A stretch of DNA of 20,000 nt from an uncultured virus (IMG/VR IMGVR_UViG_3300034812_000685). Taxonomy: Duplodnaviria > Heunggongvirae > Uroviricota > Caudoviricetes. Below, piece after piece: positions 15,200 to 20,000 of this stretch. The notes beneath the pieces were generated by a model. That model saw only the letters and a list, made by a program, of their open reading frames with translations. It made no database searches and was not told the DNA's origin. Made by a program: the position numbers and the translations under genes. The first letter of the stretch is position 1; each line of letters starts with the position of its first letter. The DNA lies in IMG/VR virus record IMGVR_UViG_3300034812_000685. One strand, 5' to 3'.

Positions 15200-15679
15200 A
15201 TGAACACATTTTCCCGCTTCACCCGCGATCCCCATTTCCACCTGGGCGATGAGCCAGGCAACCAGGAGATCGTTCAAGCCGTCAGGGCTGCTGTCAATGC
15301 TGGCAGAGTTGTCTGCAAAATTGCTCCCAGGGAGTACTGGGTCGACATCTGCGAGAGAAGGCAGGACGAATGGGCTGATTACAGCAAAAGCCGTGGGGTC
15401 ATCCTTTGGAGTCTCAGCCGCATCAACGACATCATTGCCAATGCTGAGAGCAAAATCCTCAACAGCTTTGGTGAGGTCTGGGAGCTGAGGTCGCCTGAAA
15501 GCCTCCCATGGGCTCTTGGGGCTGAGCTGGGCGAAGAGATCATCAAAGCCGCTGCTAAAGCCCAGGGGATCGACATCACAGGCAATTTCCAACATTTTGC
15601 TGACTCCTCTACAACCGTCGACTACAGCATCACTTGGCATAACGTCACTTGTGACGGTCGCTACGGAATCGGCAACTAA
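15200..15679 (+). CDS. Hypothetical protein, 159 aa
   Basis: Has its own promoter and the conserved leader motif. Confidence 0.75.
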   Translation: MNTFSRFTRDPHFHLGDEPGNQEIVQAVRAAVNAGRVVCKIAPREYWVDICERRQDEWADYSKSRGVILWSLSRINDIIANAESKILNSFGEVWELRSPESLPWALGAELGEEIIKAAAKAQGIDITGNFQHFADSSTTVDYSITWHNVTCDGRYGIGN

Positions 15680-15698
15680 ACAATTTATTTCTCGGCCT

Positions 15699-15720
15699 GG
15701 GGGTTGTCTTCTCAGCCCCC
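15699..15720 (+). other. GC-rich intergenic hairpin (no U tract)
   Basis: GGGGGTTG-TCTTCT-CAGCCCCC. Confidence 0.55.
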
Positions 15721-15762
15721 GTCGCTAAGCTTCAATCGTCTAACACCAACGGATTTAATCCC

Positions 15763-16068
15763 ATGACAGACCTTCACCCTCATTCCCAGCAGATCCGTGA
15801 GATCATCGAACAGGCTGGCAGCACTTTTGTTCGTGTTAAGTTCATCAAGAGGGATGGATCGGAACGCGAAATTACGTTTAACCCAAAGGACTATAACGAG
15901 ATCAAAGGCACAGGCAAAGCAAGCTCTAATCCAAATACTTTCAGGATTCGTGAAGTCCAAAACAAAGAAACTGGAAAAACTGTTTGGCGCAGCTTTGACG
16001 GAACTCGTGTACTTCGCATCTCTGCAAAAGGTAGGACTGTGAATTTCGATGTAGTCAGCGACAGCTGA
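15763..16068 (+). CDS. Phage SH3/Sm-like beta-barrel protein (WYL_2-like)
   Basis: FVRVKFIKRDGSEREITF...KGTG...VWRSFDGTRV pattern. Confidence 0.6.
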   Translation: MTDLHPHSQQIREIIEQAGSTFVRVKFIKRDGSEREITFNPKDYNEIKGTGKASSNPNTFRIREVQNKETGKTVWRSFDGTRVLRISAKGRTVNFDVVSDS

Positions 16069-16096
16069 TTACTTTTGCAAATTTATTTCTCGCATC

Positions 16097-16273
16097 ATGC
16101 AAAAAGACGAAGACATCCCGCTCATACATCCTCGAATGGCCGAGTTGTATGCAGCCAAGCATCCAAAGACTGAAGAACAGTTGTTGTTTCCAAGAAGAAA
16201 ACCTTCAAGGAACTATCGCCTCAAACGTGGTGCTTTTGCCCGCTTCATTCAATCACAACGGGACGCTTCCTGA
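16097..16273 (+). CDS. Small basic hypothetical protein, 58 aa; absent from ORF track
   Basis: MQKDEDIPLIHPRMAELYAAKHPK...; TGATG coupling to the next gene. Confidence 0.6.
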   Translation: MQKDEDIPLIHPRMAELYAAKHPKTEEQLLFPRRKPSRNYRLKRGAFARFIQSQRDAS

Positions 16274-16452
16274 TGAATCTGTACGTCACAAAAACCGGTC
16301 GCCCAAGGACTCGTCTTTTTCCGCCAGAAAAAGTTGTATTGATCCGGCAAATGTATACGGATGGTTGCTCGATGGCCGAACTTGCTAGGCTATTTGGTGT
16401 TAGTTCAAATACTATCAGGCAATACGTTAACGAACCCTTGAGCCAAATGTAA
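16273..16452 (+). CDS. Stand-alone Hin/resolvase-type helix-turn-helix protein, 59 aa; absent from ORF track
   Basis: TGRPRTRLFPPEKVVLIRQMYTDGCSMAELARLFGVSSNTIRQYV: GRPR arm plus 3-helix HTH. Confidence 0.8.
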   Translation: MNLYVTKTGRPRTRLFPPEKVVLIRQMYTDGCSMAELARLFGVSSNTIRQYVNEPLSQM

Positions 16453-16483
16453 ATAGGTATCTTATTCAAGACATACGTTTCTT

Positions 16484-16981
16484 ATGGGCGACATCATTAT
16501 CCATAAGGAGCGAGTTTTCCGCAAGACCGATGGAGTTCACTTTGCTGACATCAGCATTGCGGGCTCCAACGGCATGGACCTGGTCGAACACAAGGGCAAA
16601 GCAGTTAGCCCACCAAGCATGCTCGGGATCTCCCGTTGGTACATGCATCGCCATCAGACAGATAACAACCGTGTAATTCAAGGTTGCAGACTGTTTGAAT
16701 TATTTTGTGATCACTTCAAGCATCCACACTGGTATGTATTTCTCGACCAAGACATTGGTGCTCTTGAAATTCCACCCTTTTGCTATCATCGGTCGATTTC
16801 TGGTAAGAAAGGCAGCGTCTTAGTCAATCATGCAATTCGTGATGAGCGTTATAATGAAAAGCATGAATTCAGGCCGGGCTTCTGTTATTTTGCTGGTTTA
16901 GTTCCTCCAAAGTATTATAATATTAGCCCTTTTGAAGTTTCTTATTTCAAAGAACATGGCGTAATGCCTACGTGGTTATGA
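16484..16981 (+). CDS. RmlC-like cupin protein of a picocyanobacterial/cyanophage family
   Basis: RVFRKTDGVHFADIS...DLVEH...AVSPP...YMHRHQTDNNRV...GALEIPP...HRSISG...VNHAIR with His-rich cupin motifs. Confidence 0.7.
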   Translation: MGDIIIHKERVFRKTDGVHFADISIAGSNGMDLVEHKGKAVSPPSMLGISRWYMHRHQTDNNRVIQGCRLFELFCDHFKHPHWYVFLDQDIGALEIPPFCYHRSISGKKGSVLVNHAIRDERYNEKHEFRPGFCYFAGLVPPKYYNISPFEVSYFKEHGVMPTWL

Positions 16982-17079
16982 TTCATACCCTTGCCCTATA
17001 CTTCAATTGTGTACTCTTGGTGTCTTTATTCGTAGGCATCATTTATCAGCTGGACAAAGAGTTGAACGATGATTCATGA
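16978..17079 (+). CDS. Small TM peptide, 33 aa; absent from ORF track
   Basis: MIHTLALYFNCVLLVSLFVGIIYQLDKELNDDS; ATGA overlap upstream, overlaps the next start. Confidence 0.45.
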   Translation: MIHTLALYFNCVLLVSLFVGIIYQLDKELNDDS

Positions 17080-17362
17080 TAATGACCCTTCAAATATTGA
17101 AGACCTGGTAGAGCTTGCCATTAAGAATGCTCGACAACCCGCTGAAGATTACAGCATCGATCATGCAATTGAATTTGTTCGTCAATTTGTTAGTGCATTG
17201 AAATGGGGTTCAATCGTGGAATCCGATGTAGATAATATTACTTTGATCTATCAATGTATGTATGCATGCGAAACATTCAGAATTTTATTTGTCAAGGCAT
17301 ATATCGCAGAGCATGAGCGAATGGAAACAATCGATAAATTAAAAAGAATGTTTGAGATGTAA
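17069..17362 (+). CDS. Hypothetical protein, 97 aa
   Basis: Clean ORF in gene run. Confidence 0.65.
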   Translation: MIHDNDPSNIEDLVELAIKNARQPAEDYSIDHAIEFVRQFVSALKWGSIVESDVDNITLIYQCMYACETFRILFVKAYIAEHERMETIDKLKRMFEM

Positions 17363-17395
17363 ATAGGAAGTCTGACCTGTGTTCATCTTGAACAG

Positions 17396-17695
17396 ATGGC
17401 GTTACCAACCAGCGACTTTTCTGACCCAGATCATACCTTTTACGGCGTTCAAGATCTGATCCTTTCAGTCGCATACTTCATCATTGACTTGCCAAGAACT
17501 TTTAATGATTTCTTTAGATTAGATGTAGATACTCTTGGCGCTCACATCAGGGATTTAACAATAATATTTGTACGTATTTCGCTTTATTTCTTCATAGCAG
17601 GAATCCAATTCAGGCAAATTCTTTTGGTATTCAATAGAATGCAAAGTGTGGGCAAATTCCGCACCGCACTGAAAACCCTTACTAAACAATCATGA
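17396..17695 (+). CDS. Hypothetical membrane-associated protein, 99 aa
   Basis: Hydrophobic segments; ATGA overlap with the next gene. Confidence 0.55.
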   Translation: MALPTSDFSDPDHTFYGVQDLILSVAYFIIDLPRTFNDFFRLDVDTLGAHIRDLTIIFVRISLYFFIAGIQFRQILLVFNRMQSVGKFRTALKTLTKQS

Positions 17696-18048
17696 TCAAA
17701 CTTTCCGCAGCCTTGGCAACTGCCTTTTCCCTAGCTCCTGCTGCTGCTCTGGCTGGCCCATATGCCAACGTGGAAACCAACGCAGGATTTCTTGGCTCTG
17801 AGTATCAGGCGGCCACGACAGACGTCCATGTGGGTTACGAAAGCACTTCAGGAGATTTCTCCTGGTACCTGCAGGGCGGTCCAGCCATCTTGACCAGTGA
17901 TGAAGACTCTTCCGTAGAACTCTCTGGTAAAGTCGGGGCCTCGGTGGCTGCCACGGAAAAGCTTAGTTTCTATGGGGAATTGAGCGGTATCACTGGCGAC
18001 GATGAAAATGCCTACGGCTTGAAAGCTGGCGCTAAATATTCTTTCTGA
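17692..18048 (+). CDS. Small outer-membrane beta-barrel-like protein of the cyanophage/Synechococcus type
   Basis: Signal peptide ending ALA|GPYANVETNAG; amphipathic beta strands (DVHVGYE, WYLQGGP, LSGKVGASV, LSFYGEL); C-terminal GAKYSF beta-signal. Confidence 0.8.
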   Translation: MIKLSAALATAFSLAPAAALAGPYANVETNAGFLGSEYQAATTDVHVGYESTSGDFSWYLQGGPAILTSDEDSSVELSGKVGASVAATEKLSFYGELSGITGDDENAYGLKAGAKYSF

Positions 18049-18072
18049 TAGAATATCAATGCGAGGACACGG

Positions 18073-18098
18073 GGACCCTATCATGGGTCCTTTTTTTT
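18073..18098 (+). terminator. Rho-independent terminator
   Basis: GGACCC-TATCAT-GGGTCC followed by T8. Confidence 0.8.
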
Positions 18099-18103
18099 AC
18101 CCT

Positions 18104-18280
18104 ATGGATGATCCAGTTGCCTCGTTTTCATACAACCTGAAGGCATTGCGGCTGGAATACAAAACAACCTGTGACGCCTTACGGAATTGGTCTGGTGGTG
18201 ACCCAGAAGAGCAACGGTTTCTAGTTCACAAAAAAGAACAGGTGTTCCGGTTGCTTCTTGAGTATTCATTCCTAGAATAA
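18104..18280 (+). CDS. Small conserved cyanophage protein (start ATG18104)
   Basis: NWSGGDPEEQRFL...LLEYSF motif. Confidence 0.7.
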   Translation: MDDPVASFSYNLKALRLEYKTTCDALRNWSGGDPEEQRFLVHKKEQVFRLLLEYSFLE

Positions 18281-18301
18281 AAAAGCGTTGAGGGGACGCA
18301 G

Positions 18302-18333
18302 TAGGGACCCTACCCAGGGTCTCTATTTTTTTT
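18302..18333 (+). terminator. Rho-independent terminator
   Basis: TAGGGACCCT-ACCC-AGGGTCTCTA followed by T8. Confidence 0.8.
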
Positions 18334-18344
18334 ACCTGTTCGCA

Positions 18345-18512
18345 ATGACAATTTTTACAGTTTGTTGGCGCGATGATTCAAGTGAAAAACGATACGTGTT
18401 GATCGAATCTCCCTCGGCACAAGAAGCCCGCCTCGAAGCAATGAATCGAGAAAAATATATTGCCCAGCATCCAAATTGTATTATTTACATCATGCCGGGT
18501 ATCTACAAATAA
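18345..18512 (+). CDS. Small hypothetical protein (start ATG18345)
   Basis: MTIFTVCWRDD...IESPSAQEARLEAM...YIAQHPNCI. Confidence 0.65.
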   Translation: MTIFTVCWRDDSSEKRYVLIESPSAQEARLEAMNREKYIAQHPNCIIYIMPGIYK

Positions 18513-18514
18513 TT

Positions 18515-18709
18515 TTATGCAGCTGCTGGTCCTTCTTCATTCGTAGGCTCTACTTGTGGAAGCTCCACCAGGTCATATCGATTTAACATATTAGATAGGT
18601 TTTCTTGAGCAAATCGCCTCAAGATTTCATCTCCACTAACTTCAGCACAAGCAAAAGATTTAATCAATTTAACCAATACCTCTTTCGGACTGACTGCCTG
18701 TTCGGTCAT
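18515..18709 (-). CDS. Small hypothetical phage protein, 64 aa
   Basis: LVKLIKSFACAEVSGDEILRRFA helical pattern; convergent, with the stop 2 nt from the + gene stop. Confidence 0.65.
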   Translation of the reverse strand: MTEQAVSPKEVLVKLIKSFACAEVSGDEILRRFAQENLSNMLNRYDLVELPQVEPTNEEGPAAA

Positions 18710-18802
18710 AGATCAAATCAAAATAATTGCCCCATAAGATACCAATTTAATTTTTTTAGGTTTTATTTTTTTATTTTTTTTATTTTTTTCTCCCTTTTCT
18801 TC

Positions 18803-18882
18803 GATTGTCATTTTGATGATCCAAAACCCATTTATGGGATCCAAAACCCATTTACGGGATTCAGGATTGTCATTTTGATGAT
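18803..18882. repeat. Nested direct repeats: 18-bp GATTGTCATTTTGATGAT x2 flanking tandem 20-bp GATCCAAAACCCATTTA(T/C)GG x2
   Basis: 18803-18820 equals 18865-18882; 18818-18837 versus 18838-18857 has 1 mismatch. Confidence 0.9.
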
Positions 18883-19343
18883 TCTCATACTTAATATATA
18901 TAATAAATACATGTAATACCTATTAACAAACCTTAGTATTCATTTATAAATAAATAACCTATAGGTATTTAAGGCCGACAGATCTGGTTACGCCAGTAGG
19001 GTTTGTTACGTGTTGTTTCTGGTCTTATTAGTTGTTCTGATGGCAAAAGGTACAAATACTTAAGTAGTTTATATATTTGGGATTCTGATGGATGGTGATG
19101 TGGCCTGGATTTTGATGGCGGCACCTAACGTCCTCTCTAAGGTATCTGTACGGCCCGTGAAGGCCTCTTTGCCCCCTTTTAGGTATCTCTGGGTGGTCAG
19201 CGGATTTCAGGCCCCTTCCAGGCGATTCTGAGGGGAGCGTAGATTGTGATTTTTTGTAATGTAAATTTTTATTAAAAATACCCTTGTGATAGTGAGGGTG
19301 GGTGGGTGGCCTCCAGGTCCTGGCCTGGCCCCTCGATCCTGGG

Positions 19344-19485
19344 TAGTACATTTGCACTACTGGTAATGAGAATCATTCTCACTAGTACAGGTGTACTATT
19401 TTGCAATTGAGACTCATTCGCAATAAGCAGGCAAAAAAATACCTAGTACGGGTGTACTAGGCAGGCAGGTAGTGCGTTTGTTCTA
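19344..19485. promoter_or_regulatory. Array of four LexA-box-like and two Fur-box-like palindromes
   Basis: TAGTAC-N4-GTACTA type at 19344-59, 19383-98, 19444-59 and 19470-85; TGAGAAT-N-ATTCTCA type at 19367-81 and 19408-22. Confidence 0.75.
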
Positions 19486-19665
19486 GCGCAATTCGTGGTT
19501 CTCAAGGTGTGAATAAACTGACGGCCGATCGGTGAATCTGTAGTCAGCAAATCCGGCGTTGTCGAGTTTATCGTAGGCAGATTTTATATCATCCGCTTTT
19601 ACATAAACTAGGTGCTTGTCTCTCCAATCGATGTGCATGGAAGCGGTGAAAGTAAACCAGTTCAT
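19483..19665 (-). CDS. Small hypothetical protein, 60 aa
   Basis: VYVKADDIKSAYDKL pattern; GGAGA SD; ATGA coupling. Confidence 0.7.
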   Translation of the reverse strand: MNWFTFTASMHIDWRDKHLVYVKADDIKSAYDKLDNAGFADYRFTDRPSVYSHLENHELR

Positions 19666-19787
19666 TCGTAGTCTCCGTCGATTTGTGAAAGGAAATCATA
19701 GAAATCATTCGGCCACATTTCGATGGCTAAAGTACATCTGAACAGGTCGAAAGCAAAAGGAACAGCAATCATGAAAGAATCGTGCAT
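19662..19787 (-). CDS. Small hypothetical protein, 41 aa; absent from ORF track
   Basis: MHDSFMIAVPFAFDLFRCTLAIEMWPNDFYDFLSQIDGDYE; stop overlaps the next ATG (ATGA). Confidence 0.55.
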   Translation of the reverse strand: MHDSFMIAVPFAFDLFRCTLAIEMWPNDFYDFLSQIDGDYE

Positions 19788-19816
19788 TTTTTTTGTTGGA
19801 AAATGTTTTTTATGTT

Positions 19817-19930
19817 TTAGTTTTTATTTATTTCATTCCATTTCTTTTCATTCCGTAGGATCGCTCGATAGGACCCTTGTTGATACGTCCAGCCAGCAGA
19901 CAAGACTAAGGCGAAGAGTAAGAAGAACAT
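19817..19930 (-). CDS. Small membrane peptide, 37 aa; absent from ORF track
   Basis: MFFLLFALVLSAGWTYQQGSYRAILRNEKKWNEINKN. Confidence 0.5.
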   Translation of the reverse strand: MFFLLFALVLSAGWTYQQGSYRAILRNEKKWNEINKN

Positions 19931-19938
19931 GATAGATA

Positions 19939-19956
19939 GGGGGGAAGAATCCCCCC
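19939..19956. other. Intergenic GC hairpin
   Basis: GGGGGGA-AGAA-TCCCCCC between minus-strand ORFs. Confidence 0.55.
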
Positions 19957-20000
19957 GGTTTGCATCATTGGCGACCCATCATTTTGTCGTCTATGAACTG

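Noticed and set aside
13949..15640. Long minus-strand ORFs 13949-14401 (150 aa) and 15020-15640 (206 aa)
   Set aside because: Antisense to + genes that have promoters and conserved leader motifs; no recognisable features.
16149..16469. Track ORFs 16149-16388 (+) and 16245-16469 (-)
   Set aside because: Replaced by the coupled 16097-16273 and 16273-16452 ORFs, the latter with a clear HTH.
18605..19357. ORFs 18605-18916 (+) and 19028-19357 (-)
   Set aside because: Low-complexity translations of a T-tract, repeats and GC patch with no SD; likely non-coding. The 19028-19357 ORF cannot be fully excluded as a target of the operator array.
18803..19485. Repeats as a mini-CRISPR array
   Set aside because: Units are 15-20 bp, tandem or irregularly spaced (A-type offsets 39, 61 and 26 bp), of mixed types, with no cas genes.
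19723..19932. 69-aa + strand ORF
   Set aside because: Antisense to a coupled run of small minus-strand genes and crosses an AT-rich intergenic stretch.

Overview
Gene-dense fragment of a tailed dsDNA phage, most likely infecting marine picocyanobacteria (host inferred from protein families and RNA motifs). The left half carries the terminase large-subunit C-terminus, a SigF/SigB-type sigma factor, DnaG primase, glutaredoxin, a lysozyme-like protein, class II ribonucleotide reductase (NrdJ), dCTP deaminase and a DUF4055-type portal. The right half carries many small accessory genes, a tRNA(CAU), a conserved cyanophage exported-protein cluster, an early-type module with host sigma70 promoters, and a ~770 bp non-coding region. 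Several genes shorter than 60 aa are missing from the ORF track, including a CP12 C-terminal-motif peptide, a DUF4278 peptide behind a glutamine-II riboswitch, and a stand-alone Hin/resolvase-type HTH. Three observations stand out. (1) An interleaved array of four cyanobacterial LexA-box-like and two Fur-box-like palindromes (19344-19485) has no credible gene to regulate and may be a host-repressor decoy or sensor. (2) The sigma factor appears to lack region 4 and ends in a beta-clamp-binding-like motif (QGNLF), and a GGnAnnCT single-element motif recurs upstream of genes, suggesting T4 gp55-like replication-coupled transcription. (3) A phage-borne glutamine riboswitch shows compensatory base changes. 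All family assignments come from motif recognition by eye; no database searches were run.
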